A DNA stretch of 64,000 nucleotides from Raja brachyura (Eukaryota), in assembly GCA_963514005.1 (NCBI GenBank), contig OY740800.1, positions 27,404,001 to 27,468,000 of the forward strand. The letters run 5' to 3'. The notes under the pieces are model-generated. The model searched no databases. It was not told the DNA's origin and was given only the letters and a program-made list of their open reading frames with translations. This document shows positions 12,740 to 26,219 of this stretch, one piece after another. The translations under genes and the position numbers were made by a program. The stretch's first letter is position 1. Every line of letters starts with the position of its first letter.

Positions 12740-13195
12740 CAGATGGATGTTACGGGGATGTTGCCAGGGTTCGAGGGGTCCCTGAGCTCCAGGGAGAGGT
12801 TGAGCAGGCTAGGACTCTACTCCTTGGCACCGTAGGAAGATGAGAGGTGATCTCATAGACGTGTATTAAAATTACGAGAGGAATAGATTGGGTAGACACA
12901 CTGAGTCTCGAGAACTAGAGGACATAGCTTTAAGTTGAGGGGGGGAAGATTTAAATGGAATCTGAGGGGTAACCTTTCCACACAGAGGGTGGTAGGTGTA
13001 TGGAACGAACTGCCAGAAGAAGTAGAGGCAAATACTATAACAGCATTTCCAAGGCATTTGGACAGCAAGAGTGATCGGATGGGTTCGACAGATATGGGCC
13101 AAACGCAAGTAAATGGGACTGGTTCAGATGGGGCATCTTGGTGGGCATGGACAGCTGGGTCAAGGGGCCTGATTCCCTGCTGTATGACTCCATCA
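12740..13195 (+). mobile_element. CR1 LINE 3' fragment
   Basis: ORF 12935-13243 reads RGN..TQRVVGVWNELPEEV. Confidence 0.85.
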
Positions 13196-13974
13196 TTCTA
13201 TGTTACCGAGCTGGGAACACACGTGTCAGGTGTCAGGGTCTGACGTCAGCGCAGGGAAAGGTGTGAAGCAGAGGTCCTGTAACAAACCACTTGCTGGATG
13301 ATTACATTCCCCAGTTAGTAATCTCGGGTTAAGTGAGGTTACCGCTCAATAGCTCTGAGAAGGTTACAGCTTCCTAAGACAGCTACTGTATTTCCTGCCT
13401 TTCAGTTATATGCGAGCGAAGGTCAGGTTCGCCCCAGAGACAACAGGCATCAGCAAAAGGCCAACCCCTCTGGTGGGTCGACCCCTTCAATCTCCGGTCT
13501 GCAGCAAAAGTCATTGTGGCCCCCGGCAATATGGCGCAAATACCAAGAGCACGTCCAGTCAAAAATAATGATCCTCAGCATCGCCCGTCCCAATCTTGCA
13601 CACGACGGCGGTGGAGGGAATGGATTCAAAGGTCTGATTCATGGAGCAGAGAACAGTACAGCACAGCAACAGGCCCTTCAGCCCACAAAGTCCGTGCCCA
13701 ACATGACGGCAGATTATACCTATGCCTGGTTACAATTCTGTCCTCTCCATCTGAAAAGCTTCAAGTTCCGTCAGTAACCTGTCAGGAGGCTGTATATGGC
13801 TCAATCAGGTATTATCTTTCCACTGGCTGGATAGCACGCAACAAAAGGTTTTCACTGTACCTTGGTACTCGTGACAAGAAACTAAACTGTATAGACCCTG
13901 CATTGATGTAGGACAGGCCATACATTTCCAGGCCCGCAGGGAACAGAGTGAGTGATGCGCGGATGACAATTGTG

Positions 13975-14420
13975 CGGGCACAAGGAATTGCAGACGCTGG
14001 TCTACAAAAAAGACACAAAATGCTGGAGTAACTCAGCAGGTCAGGCAGCATCTGTGGAGAACATGATGTTTCGGGTCAGGACCCTTCTTCAGACTGATTG
14101 TGGTGAGGGGTGGGGGGGGGGGGAGAAAGCAGGAAGGGAGTTGAGGACCGGACAAAGCCCGGCAAGTGACAGGTGGATACAGGTGATAAGGGTTTTTCAC
14201 CGGCAGATGGATGGACAAGAGGGTGGAGTTAAAAAGACAAAAGATGTGATTTATGGATAGATGTGCGAATTGTGAAGCAAGAGGAAGGAATATAAGTGGG
14301 AGGGGAGGGGAAGGGGTAAGAGCAGGGTCAAAAGGAATGAGGGGAAGTTGGTGTTTGAAGGTTAGTTGCTGAAAACTGTAGAATTCAACGTTCCTACTGT
14401 TGGGTTGTAAGCTGCCCTTT
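13975..14420 (-). mobile_element. Penelope-like element 3' region including hammerhead core (14065-14092)
   Basis: End of a GIY-YIG-like coding tail (GGCAGCTTACAACCCAAC..GTTGAATTCT on minus), pyrimidine-rich UTR, then CTGAAGAAGGGTCCTGACCCGAAACATC. Confidence 0.75.
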
Positions 14421-15883
14421 CGGTATCGATCAGCCCTGATCGTACTGAATAATGGGGCAGGCTTGCGGGGCCGACTGGCCTACTCCTGCTCCTGTTCTCC
14501 AATGTTCTTGGCTTTGTAGCCCAGCCTCTGTAGAACTATTGGAAACGTTCAGTCTCAAACTCTTGATGTCGCCCTGGATGGGTTTGCAGGCATGGGGCAC
14601 TGGGACTAATTGGATGAGCCCTCTGCTGGTTCTACGACCCAGTGCAAGGCTGGGAGGGGCAGTGCTGAACCATCCACCACTCTCTGCCGCCCACCCAGAG
14701 GGGGCTAGAGCCCAGCTGAGGGGGGCTCTCTTTTCCGTGCAATTCTTGGCAACAAGTGACCACTTAGGCAGCAAATGATGTGAGACGCACTTGTCTCTCT
14801 CTACCTGTGGCAGATGAGAACCACTGTACCTCGATGTGCAGTCTAGTTTCCCTGACAACAGACGCACTTTGGTTCAAGATTTAGTTAAAAAAAAACACAA
14901 CAGCTCAACAGCCAGCAATTCTGAAGCTGAAACCACATTTAAGTGATATTCCCTTTTTTTGGCAGGCTTGCGAACATCTGTGAATGACAAACGAGGTTTA
15001 GTAAAAGCTGCCAATTGTTCCATTGATTGATGATTATGTGTCCAGAGGCACTTAAAGAGAAATAGCATGGCATGCAAATAGCTGCTTGCACCCTGTACTC
15101 CACATACACAACATATTTCAGCAGTCTATCGCTATCCTCCTAAAGAGTCAGACCAACCTTCTGGCTATTTACTACGCCACCGAACTTTCAAATTACAAGA
15201 TAAAATGCGGCGTATCCAGTCAAACCCAGTAATCTGAAGCAGAAACTATTACTTATAGATATTCACCCTCTTCTCTCTGCTTGGAATTATGCTGCAGTCA
15301 AGCCTCCTGTCCTCCCTCTCTTGATCTGCCCTTGTTTCTTCCCCTCCTCTTGTGGTCATCCAGCATTCCATTAAACTGTGAGCAAAACACAAAGTGCTGG
15401 AGGAACTCAGCGGGTCAGACAGCAACTGTGGAGGGAATTGACAGGTGACGTCTCGAGTCAGGATCCTTCTTCAGACTGTGTTTCCTTTAAACCATGTTTC
15501 CCTTGACCCTTCTCCGTGGGAACCTGTTCCACACCCTTGTTACTGTCCACATACAGGTGTTCTCCTGGATTTACCCGGATTGATTAGTGATCGAGAGCCT
15601 ACACCCAATCCCAGGCTACCCATCCCAACCCCCCCCCCCCCCTCCCCCCCTTCAGGAAGAGAAAACTGCGCTCACTCCTTCCAGTTCCGCAGCCGCTTTT
15701 CAATCCACGTGGCCATTATCACTTCACTCAAGGGCTTTAATTTTGTCAACAAGTTCATTATGTTGCAGGTTAACAACTGCTTCTGAACGTGAACATTAGG
15801 CACCTTACTAATGAAAGTAATCAGCAACAAAGCTGATGTCTGTGGCCGGAATCAGCAGCCAGACAATGGCAGAGGATGACTAA

Positions 15884-16162
15884 AGACACAGTGGCGCAGC
15901 GGGTAGAACCGCTACCTCGCAGCGCCAGAGACACGGAATTGTTCCTGACTTAGGGTGCTGTCTGTCTGGAGTTTGCATGTTACTCCTGTGACCGTGTGGG
16001 TTTCCTCCACGTGTTCCAGTTTCCTCCCACATCCCAAAGACGTGTGGTGTTATGGGTTAATTGGCCTCTGTACATTGCCCCGAGTGTATAGGCAGTGGAT
16101 GAGAAAGTGAGATAATATAGAACCAGTTTGAATGAGTGACCGGCGGTCGGCATGGACTCAGT
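15884..16162 (+). mobile_element. HE1/V-SINE-like SINE
   Basis: CACAGTGGCGCAGCGG head and V-domain core. Confidence 0.8.
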
Positions 16163-16440
16163 GGAATCAATGTTCCTACCGTTGGGTTGTAATCCACCTG
16201 AGCGGAATACAAGGTGCTGTTCCTCCAGTGTGCGTGTGGCCGCACTCTGGTAATAGAGGAAACACGGGACAGATAGATTAGTATGGGCATGGAAACGGGA
16301 GTTAAAATGGTCAACGACAGGGAGAACGTGCCACAAGGCAGTGGAGCAGTCTGAGAGCCGGACAGTTTTAGCAACTGTGCAGCTTGGAGGGTAGGGAGAG
16401 CCCATGTTTGAATTCCACTGGGTCGAACTTCCGGTGATTT
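16163..16440 (-). mobile_element. Penelope GIY-YIG endonuclease C-terminal remnant
   Basis: ORF 15980-16405 contains VVDHFNS..H.HTNLSV....TRTLEEQHLVFR.G.LQPNGRNID. Confidence 0.75.
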
Positions 16441-16469
16441 ACGTTCAACCCAACATCCTTTGTAGAAAT

Positions 16470-16925
16470 GTGTATATGCATTTGCTGGCCAAGCTGAAAA
16501 ATATCACAAACCCCCTGCTGGACCCTCTGCAGTTTGCATACCGGGCCAATAGATCTGTGGATGATGCAGGCAACCTAGGCCTGCACTTCATCCTCCAGCA
16601 CCTAGACCGCCACGGGACCAATGCGAGAGTCCTGTTTGTTGATTTTAGCTCTGCATTCAACACCATTGTGCCAGAGCTTATACACTCCAAACTCTCCAAG
16701 TGCCTGGACCCCTCTGTCAGTAGATCACCAACTTCCTGACAGACCGGAAGCAGCATGTGAGGCTGGGAAAGCATATCTCGGACCCGCAAACGCTCAACAT
16801 AGGAGCAACGCAAGGCTGCGTACTCTCCCCTCTCCTCTACTCTCTCTGCACCAACGACTGCACCTCCACAGACACCTCTGTCAAGCTTCTCACGTTTGCG
16901 GATGACACAACCGTGATTGGACTGT
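16470..16925 (+). mobile_element. Rex1/Babar-like LINE RT fragment (frameshifted)
   Basis: LDPLQFAYRANRSVDDA..LFVDFSSAFNTI, then GATQGCVLSPLLYSLCTND..FADD. Confidence 0.85.
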
Positions 16926-17091
16926 ATGTCGTGTTATTACTTGCGAGCGGAGCAGCAAGGCAATTTACTTGGACAATAAACATATTCATTCATTCACAGG
17001 AGCCAAGATTCAGGGTTGAGCCACTGTTCTGGCTGCTGCTGAATTATCAACAAGTTGTTGACTTGACCAAGTTCTGGCTCTTTTCTTCAGA

Positions 17092-17370
17092 CTTGAGGGA
17101 TACAGCGCAGAAACAGGCCCTTCAGCCCACCGAGTCCGTGCCAACCAGCGATCACCCCATACACTAGCACTATCCTACACGCTAGGGACAATTTACTATG
17201 TACAGAAGCCAATGAACCGACAAACCTGTACTTCTTTAGGATGTGGGAAGAAAGCGGAGCACCCGGAGAAAACCCACGGGGTCACAGGGAAAATGTGCAA
17301 ACTCCGTACAGACAGCACTTATAGTCAGGATCAGGAGGCAGCAACTCTACCACTGCACCACTGTGACGTC
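17092..17370 (-). mobile_element. HE1/V-SINE-like SINE
   Basis: Similar to 32325-32644. Confidence 0.8.
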
Positions 17371-18103
17371 CCAACTTGTCAACTCCTGGGCTGTACTGTC
17401 CCAGTTTAACTCATGTGGTCCCAGACCCTCTGCATGTAGAATCACATCAGTGCACGGCAAAGGAGTTAAAAATATCTCCACGGCAGGAGTAACCAATTGG
17501 TAAATAAAAGGACCATCACAGCTGAGCTATTAACATGAGTTCCGAACATTGTGTGTTTATCTGCAGACAATGAGATGAACACAGTTGCACCACAGTTGAA
17601 TCTCAGCACCACCACCCCAAGGTTAATTATTATCGAGAACGTGTCAATGATGAGTGCAAGCTCTGCCTTTCTGACGACCAGTGCTCACTCCTTGTACCAG
17701 CAGAAAGCTGAGGTGATGGTGGAATTAAAGACACATGCGCTGACAATAACAGGCTTTGTGCAGAGCCTCAGTTCCCTGCACAGCAGCAGGGCACCAAACA
17801 TTACTGGTCAGTGAAGGAGTTGATGCTGGAATCGAGGTCAAAGGTAATTTTAATTTAATTTGAAAATGCCCCAGCGCATCAGGTTGCAGATGGTAGGAGT
17901 GGGGAGAGAAGCGTGGTTGCAATTTGGGCTCTGTACCAGAACTGGTCAGTGTGAACAGGCAGAATTCAGGATGTGTCACCTTCACCTGGTGCTAACACTG
18001 GAGCCCTGGTGGATGTCTCTGTGACACCCTTCCTGCCAGCCCCACTCACCCAAAAACAATTGAAAGGGATTATGAGTGATTTATGGGAAACTGTGTCATA
18101 TAA

Positions 18104-18325
18104 GGGGTGGCACAGTGGTGCAGGGGTAGAGATGCTGCCTTATAACGATTGAGACCCAGGTTGAATCCGGACTACGGGTGCTGTCTGTACGGAGTTGGTC
18201 AATGTCCTCCCTGTGACCTTGTGGGTTTCCTCCGGGCGCTCCAGTTTCCTCCCACACTCCAAAGACATACAGGTTTGTTAATTAATTGGCTTCGGTAAAA
18301 ATTGTTAAATAGTGCTAGTGTGCAG
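18104..18325 (+). mobile_element. HE1/V-SINE-like SINE, followed by a PLE hammerhead repeat (18341-18440)
   Basis: GGGTGGCACAGTGGTGCAG head, B-box-like GGTTGAATCC, and V-domain. Confidence 0.8.
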
Positions 18326-19999
18326 AGTCTGAGTCTGTAGAGTCTGAAAAAAGGTCTCGACCCGAAACATCACACGTTCCTTCGTTCCAGAGATGCTGCC
18401 TGTCCCACTGAGTTACTCCAGCATTTTGCATCCGTCTTCAAAGTCTAAAAGATATCCATTCACCCCATTGTGTTCCTGCCAGACAAATAAAGAGTTATTT
18501 AGCTTCCTCGTACACCGAGGGACAGTGTTAACACCCTCGCTGACAGCGAAACCCAGACTCTACCACTCCCCTCATCTCCTCTCCTGCAATCACTGCACCT
18601 CTCAAATGGCTGATCTACTGTAACCTCAACTCCCCACTCCTCTCTATCCCCGGTAACCTTTCACTGTTCACCTAATTGTATGACTGACCTGGCCAGTGAA
18701 TTTCACTACACCAATTGGTAATAAATGAACTTATGAAACTCCCTGATCATGAATCAACTCGTCTCTGGCTGAAAAATATTCACAGATTCTGCTTCTGCTG
18801 TCCTTTGAGAAAAATAAATCCAAAGATCCAGGATCCTCTGAGAGAAAATAAATATTTCTCCTCCCTTCTGTCTTACATTGGTGAGAATTTATTTTGAAAC
18901 AGTGACCCTGAGCTCTCGGATTCTCCCATAAGAGAATTCACCCTCTCCAGACCCGTCAGCATTTCACGTGTTTCAGTGAAGGCCCTTCTGATATAACATA
19001 GCTCATGGAACAGTACAGCACAGGAACAGGGCTTTTGGTCACAATGTACGCGCTGAACATAATACCGTTAAACTAATCTCCTCTGCCTGCACATGATCTA
19101 TATCCCTCCATTCCCTGCATATCCATGTGCCCATCTAAAAGTCTTTTAAAATGCCACTATCACACCTGCCTCCATCTCCACCCCTGGCAGCACCCAGCTC
19201 TCACTGTGTGAAAAAACTTGCCCTGCACATTTCCTTTAACCTTTACCCGTCTTACCTGGATGAGTTGGGCCAAAGGAGCTGTTGTACACCTCTGTAGAAG
19301 CTCTCACTGCCAGTTTTCCCTTTTCTTAGCAGTCTCCTCTCATATTAATTTTTTCTTCTTGTTATTAATTTTTGGATAGCCTCTGCTGAACTCTAATATC
19401 TTCCCTTGTTTTATGTGGCAACATTCTGAGCCTTTTCCTTAAAGTCATGCTGTCTCTAATTGCTCCTGTAATCCATGGCTGGATCACTGAAAGTCCTGTA
19501 AACCTTGAGGTGTTGGCCATTGCCTTTCTATGGACAACCAATCCTTGACACTTTCAGTGTTCCTTCTCCTTGCACTGATTTCAGGCTGAACTTCAGCCAC
19601 TTGCACACTTGGTGTAAAATACTCTTGCGTTTTCTTGATTTTAATCATTTGCCCCAAACATAACCCCTGACATTATGTTTAAATTCTCCATCACCCATCC
19701 TCCATGAATCCAGACAACAAAAGGTGCTGCTCAGCAGGTCAGGCAGCGTCTGTGGAAAGAGAAAAATACAAATCAACATTTCAGGTGGAAATCCTTCCAC
19801 AGATGCTGCCTGACTTGCTGTGTGTTTCCAGCACTTTCTATTTTTATTTCAGGTTTCCAGCCTCAGCATTATTCTGAACGTCAACAGAATGTGTCAGTTG
19901 TGCCCCTCTTGCAGTCTCAAAGTGCCTTTATTTTCATTGAAATTTAAAGAGATTTGGCGAGTCACCAAATTCACCAAGAAACTTTAATGAAGTGCTGTC

Positions 20000-20290
20000 G
20001 CAAGTATTCCGATTGGTTGCATCGTTACCTGGTGCAGCAATTCCAATGCATGGATACGCAGGAGGCTGCAGAGAGTGGTCGACACAGCCCTCCTCGCCAT
20101 CGAAAGCATTGACACCAGGCGCTGCCTGAAGAAGGTGGCATCTACCATCAAGGATCCTCACCATCCAGGCCGTGCCCTCTTCTCACTGCTACCGTCGGGC
20201 AGTGGGTACAGAAGCCTGAAGTCCCACACCACCAGGTTCAGGAACAGCTACTTTCCTACAACCATCAAGTTCATGAACAACCCTCACTAC
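20000..20290 (+). mobile_element. Rex1/Babar-like LINE 3' coding remnant
   Basis: RRCLKKVASTIKDPHHPGRALFSLLPSGSGYRSLKSHTTRFRNSYFPTTI. Confidence 0.75.
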
Positions 20291-20611
20291 CCTAATCCTA
20301 CCTCGGCAACAAAATGCACTAGATCACCTCTTGCAGTGCTATTGTCTTTTTTTTCTAATTTTCTTTTTGCAGGTATGTTTTATTAATTTTTCAACAGACT
20401 TCTTTCTTTTTACCGACTTGCAGAATGTTATGCATGATTTATATTTTTGTTTGCTGTCTGAGTCTGTGATGCTGCTGCAAGCAAGATTTTCATTGTACTT
20501 ATGCATATGACAATACAATTGACTTGCCTTGACTAACAAATGCAGCGAATTGAAGGAGAGTCAATGCATGAGACCAGCATCTAATGCTATCGGGCTCTCA
20601 CTCGGCACCTT

Positions 20612-21370
20612 TTAGACAATAGACAATAGGTGCAGGAGTAGGCCATTCGGTCCTTCGAGCCAGTACTGCCATTCACTGTGATCATGGCTGATCAACCACA
20701 TTCTGTACCCCGTTCCTGCCTTTTCACCATATCTCCAGACTCCGCTATCTTTAAGAGCTCTATCTAACTCTCTCTTGAAAGCATCCAGAGAATTCGCCTC
20801 CGCTCCCTTCTGAGGCATTCCACAGATTCACAACTCTCTGAGTAAAAACGTTTTTTCTCATCTCTATTCTAAATGGCCTACCCCTTATACTTAAACTGTG
20901 GCCCCTGGTTCTGGATTCCCCGACATCGGGAACACGTTTCCTGCCTCTAGCATGTCCAATCCCTTAATAATCTTATATGTTTCAATAAGATCACCACTCA
21001 TCCGTCTAAATTCCAGAATATACAACCCCAACTGCTCCATTCTATCCACATATGACAGTCCCGCCATCCTGGGAATTAACTTCGTGAACCTACGCTGCAC
21101 TCCCTCAATAGCAAGAATGTCCTTCCTTAAATTTGGAGAACAAAACTGCACACAATACTCCAGGTGTGGGCTCTGTACAAATGCAGAAAGACCTCTTTGC
21201 TCCTATACTCAACTCCTCTTGTTATGAAGGCCAACTTGCCATTCGCTTTCTTCACTGCCTGCTGTACCTGCATGCTTACTTTCAGTGAGTGATGAACAAG
21301 GACCCCCAGATCTCTTAGTACTTCCCCTTTTCCCAACTTGACACCATTCAGATCATAATCTGTCTTCAAT
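20612..21370 (-). mobile_element. CR1/HER1-like LINE, 5'-truncated
   Basis: ORFs 21127-21387, 20891-21151 and 20612-20818 are consecutive frameshifted pieces of the ORF2 C-terminus. (CTATTGT)n tail. Confidence 0.9.
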
Positions 21371-21459
21371 GTACAGTGTCCAGACATTCTGTTGTCTCAA
21401 ACCACAGGATTGAATGAGGCCACAAGTCACACAAACATTAGTGATAGGGAAAGGGGGCT

Positions 21460-22250
21460 TGGAATCATAGAGCACAACTAAGATGCCCCATTTACACTAA
21501 ACACATTTGCCTGTGTTTGGTTCATAGCCCTCTAAACCTTTCCTATCTGTGTACTTGTCTAAGTGTATTTTAAATGTTATATTGTACCTGCCTCAACTAA
21601 CTCCTCTGGCAGCTCATTCCATAAACCCACCACTCTGTGTGAAAAAAATTGCCCCTCAGGTTCCTATTAAGTCTTTCCCCTCTCACCTTAAACCTGTGCC
21701 CCCTGATTCTTGATTCCCCTCCCCTTGATTCCCAACCACGGGTGAAAATGGAGGAGGACTGACTGAATTTTGTGCCTTCTATCACAATGATGAATGCTGT
21801 GGTGGGTGTTTTTGTGGTAAATTTCTATTGTGTATTGTGTGTTCTTTTTTATTGCAACGCTGCTGGCAAGTTCATTTCATTGCACTTCATTGTGTAAGTG
21901 ATGAATAAATCTGACTATTGACTGGCTAAAAGCCTCTGTGCATTCACCCTATCTGCTGTATTCTCCTCATGATTTTATGCACCTCTATAAGATAATCCCT
22001 CAGCCTCCTGTGCTCCAAGGAATAAAATCCTAGCTTTCCCAACCTGTCCCTGTACCTCAGGCCCTCGAGTCCTAGCAACATTCTCGTAAATCCTTCTAGT
22101 TTAATGGCATCTTTCCAAAAGCAGGGTGACCCAGACTGAACTCAATTTTTGAGGTGCGACCTCACAATATCCTGTACAACTGTAACATAAATATACACAA
22201 TACCCTGGCTAACGTTTTCTTCACCATCCTATCTACCTGCGATGCTACGT
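21460..22250 (-). mobile_element. Older CR1 LINE 3' fragment, interrupted at about 21740-21925
   Basis: ESRIRGHRFKVRGERLNRNLRGNFF motif. The CR1 sequence resumes after the interruption. Confidence 0.75.
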
Positions 22251-22969
22251 TCAGGCTTAAACACCAGTCAGTATCATTAAGTGTACACTTTGACATAAAT
22301 CGCCTGTTCAAACTTAGTCAGGACTGTCATAATAATTTTCAATCTCTGCATTCCGTAGCTGTCAGGGTGAATAATTAAACACGCCAATGTTATTTTAAGG
22401 TGACTTTTTGCTCCACCAAGACCCTGGTCACACGCACTGGAAGGTGGTTGAGCTTCAGACTGGGTTGTTCGAGCAACACTAAGCCCACTCATCACTCTCT
22501 TAGACAAGCCTTCCACCCACTAACATCCAGCATGAGCAATATTGCTCACATTTAAAGAGACTTAATTGAAGTGCCCTTTATCGATATGATGCAGATCTGT
22601 AATTACAATGCCGTTAATTATGCAGCAACATTAATATTTTTATTGTCTATCATTCCATCCTCATCCAAAAAATGTGGCAAATTCCCTCACTCACCATAAG
22701 CTGTTCATCTAAAAGCCTGCAAATACTCAAAAGACTGACGCCCTTCCCCAGAGTGGCCAGAATGGCTTTAACCCGTTCACACCCTGGGGCAGCCATGTCC
22801 TAACTGGGAGCTCCATGCTCCCCAATCTCTCGGCTTCCCACTCTGCACCAATGGCCCTGCCTTCAGCTACCTGGGCGGCAAGCTCTGGAATTCAACGTCC
22901 AACCCTCGTTCATCCTTGAATCCCATCTGTTTCTGACCGAACTTCTGACCGAAGCTCCGCTCGTGCTTC

Positions 22970-23820
22970 AAGAACCCGAGGACATGGGTTTAAGGTGAGG
23001 GGAGCAAAGATCGGAACCTGAGGGGCAACATTTTCATGCAAAGGGTGGTGGGCATATGGAACGAGCTGCTGGAGGAGATAGTTGAGGTAGGTACAATCAT
23101 AACGTTCGATAAACATTTGGACAGGATAGGTTTAAAGGTGCATGGGCTAAACGCAGGCATGTGGGATTAATGTAGATGGGGCATGTTGGTTGGTAAGGGT
23201 CCACTCCCTCAGCACTGCCCCTCCCACAGTGCACACTCCCTCAGTGTTTCCCTCTTGTCCATTGAGTCAGAGAGACATATAGCACGGAAACAGATCCCTT
23301 GGCAATCTAACCAATGTCCTTATCTAAGCTGGTCCTATTTACCTGCTTTTGGCTCAAATCTCTTTAAGCCTTTCATATCCATGTATCTGTCCAACTGTCC
23401 TTCAGATGTTGTTGTTGTACCAGCCTTAACTACCTCCTCTGGTATAGTCTCAGCAACCCCACCAATCCCAACCCACTGCCCCCGCACTCTTACCCTCTGC
23501 CCCTACCAAACCTCACACACCTCTCCCACCATGCAGCCGCTCACCCCAGGCCAACAATGCACACACACTCCCCAAAACACTGTCCTTTTAATGTTGTTAT
23601 TGTGCTAGCCTCAACTACCTCTTCTGTTTCCATACACCTGCCACCCTCTGAGTGAAAATATTGCCCCTCAGGATCCTGTTACATTCCCCCCCCCCCCTCA
23701 CTCTAGACCTATTTCTGATTAACCTACCCTGGGGTTAGTTGTGAATTCATCCTATCTATACCTCTCATGATTTTATACACCTCAATAATGTCAGCCTTCA
23801 GCCTCCTGCGCTCCCAGGAT
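22970..23820. mobile_element. Two opposed CR1 3' fragments (+ at 22970-23195; - at 23260-23820)
   Basis: Both match the CR1 3' consensus seen elsewhere in the window. Confidence 0.7.
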
Positions 23821-24169
23821 CCGAGCTCTTGTTGCTATGTTACAGACAGTGTTTGTGTCACTCGATGTTCAGTCTCAGCTCTCTAATTTGTTGCACGTAC
23901 TCCAAACTCTGCAGAAATATTTATCTCCATTTTCCAAAGTGCCCGAAAGTTGAAGGAGGCCTGACGAATGTATTTTTTCTGAAGTCTTGGAACAAGCAAC
24001 ACATTGTCCTTCCCCACTGAACCTGTGTGAAGATAACAACCACCCCACAGTGACTGTGATCTTGTCTGTCTTCCAGCCGGATATAATTTCCCCAACACCG
24101 GCTCCAAAATTGTGATTAGGATGCCATGTGATGTGTCTGAACCCAGACCCAGTGAGTGAGGGAAGGAAT

Positions 24170-24742
24170 AGGCAATAGACAATAGGTGCAGGAGGAGGCC
24201 ATTTGGCCCTTCGAGCCAGCACCGCCATTCAATGTGATCATGGCTGATCATCCCCAATCAGTACCCCGTTTCTGCCGTCTCCCCATATGCCCTGATTCCG
24301 TTATTTTTAAGAGCCCTATCTAGCCCTATCTTGAAAACATCCAGAGAACCTGCTTCCACCGCCCTCTGAGGCAGAGAATTACAGACTCACTACTCTCTGT
24401 GAGAAAAAGTGTTTCCTCGACTCCGTTCTAAATGGCTTACTCCTTATTCTTAAACTGTGGCCCCTGGTTCTGGACTCCCCCAACATCGGGAACATGTTTC
24501 CTGCCTCTAGCATGTCCAAGCCCTTAACAATCTTATATGTTTCAATGAGATCCCCTCTCATCCTTCTAAACTCCAGAGTGTACAAGCCCAGCTGCTCCAT
24601 TCTCTCAGCATATGACAGTCCCGTCATCCTGGGAATTAACCTTGTAAACCTACGCTGCACTCCCTCAGTAGCAAGAATGTCCTTCCTCAAATTAGGGGAC
24701 CAAAACTGCACACAATACACCAGGTGTGGTCTCACTAGGGCT
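24170..24742 (-). mobile_element. Young CR1/HER1-like LINE, 5'-truncated
   Basis: ORF 24379-24735 reads RPHLVYCVQFWSPNLRKDI...RGHSLRI...FFSQRVV. (CTATTGT) tail. Confidence 0.9.
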
Positions 24743-24744
24743 CA

Positions 24745-25360
24745 CAAGGAAGACAGACACAAAGGGCTGGAGTAACTCGGAGGGTCTGTCAGCATCTCCG
24801 GAGAAAAAGGATGGATGACCCGGGAAAAAGGTCAGAACAAAGCAGGACCTGCAACAGATGAACAAGGAAGGATGGAGCCCATAATGGTCCATTGTTTGTT
24901 TTTGCCAAACATTATTTTAATCAATTATTTACCAAAATGATATGTACAATGCAAAGCAATACCAACAAACCCACCACCATTATACAAAGTATGACAAATA
25001 TTCTTAAATACGAAATAAACTAGTATACAACTAATCAGCATCCTTATTAAGGATGCTTTAATGGCCCATTATTGGCTGGGGAAGAGGTAATGTCGAAGAG
25101 GTACAAGGATGCGAACTGTGGAACTGGTAGGATGACTAGGAAAGGAATGCAGGCTTACTTGAAATTAGAGAAATCAATTTTCATACCGTTGGGTTGTAAG
25201 CTGCCCAAGTGAGAAATTAGGTGATGTTCCTCCAATTTGCATGTGGCCTCACTCTGACAGTGGAGGAGGCCTAGGACAGAAAGGTCAGCATGGGAATAGG
25301 ATGGGGCGTTAAAATGTCTGGAAGCTGGGAGATTACGTAGGCCAAGGCAGACTGAGAGAA
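24745..25360 (-). mobile_element. Penelope-like 3' remnant with internal insertion
   Basis: GIY-YIG tail-like sequence at 25150-25320 (GGAGGAACATCACCTAATTTCTCACTTGGGCAGCTTACAACCC on minus) and the terminal repeat at 24750-24815. Confidence 0.65.
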
Positions 25361-25384
25361 GTTGGGTTGGGTCTGCCTGACAGT

Positions 25385-25780
25385 ATTCTCAGCAAGACCA
25401 CAAATCCCAACACCCTCTCCCGTACTCCCTCACCCTCCCCCCACCAAACCTCACACACCTCTCCCTCCACTCACTCCCTCACCCCAGCCCACAAATCCAC
25501 ATACACTACTCCCACACCCTCTGCCCCCCCTTCACCCCTCCACCAAACCTCACACACCCCTCCCTCCATATAGCCCCTCACTCCTCCCACCAACCCCCCA
25601 TATACCTAACCTCACTTTCCTTTCACTTCTCCCTCCACCTGCCCCACTTTCCTCTTCATCCCCTCCCCCCCCCCCATGGACCCTGCATACCTACCCATCG
25701 CCATCACTCCATTCCCCATTGCTCCACAACTGAATTGCCCCCCCCCCCCACACACACCCCCATTACCCTCTCTCCTCATT
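25385..25780. repeat. C-rich low-complexity tract
   Basis: CCACCAAACCTCACACACC repeated at 25441 and 25540. A similar short tract lies at 23455-23575. Confidence 0.8.
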
Positions 25781-26219
25781 TGAAAGTGCGATCCAATTGG
25801 TCTCCTGTGCCCTGGGAATTTTCCTGCATTTATCCATTCCCTACTGATGAAGTCTAATTGAGTCAGAAGAAGGGTTCCGACCCGAAACATCACCTATTCA
25901 AGTTCTCCAGAGATGCTGCCTGACCCATTGAGCTACTCGAGCATCTATGTTGTTTGAGTCTATTCCCTGCTGGTGGCTTCAGTTGAATCTGCTCCCCTCC
26001 CCTCACCTTCCAAACCAAACCAACCCCCTGTGTACAGTGAAGCCTCCCCTCCCTGGGTCTGCCACTTCCCCTCTGGTATCATCTCCTGCCGCTGGGAATG
26101 GACTCTTCTCCCAAAACCACTTTCCTTTCGAATGCCTCATCAGATAGTTGACTGAGCTTTCCCGCTCAATCTCAGCCTCTCCATTCTCGGAATAAATTTT
26201 TGGTCGGCCACATTCCTAG

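Noticed and set aside
17567-17621. Possible 55-nt exon (ctgcag|ACAATGAG...CAAG|gttaat)
   Set aside because: Weak donor, unrecognised peptide and no partner exons.
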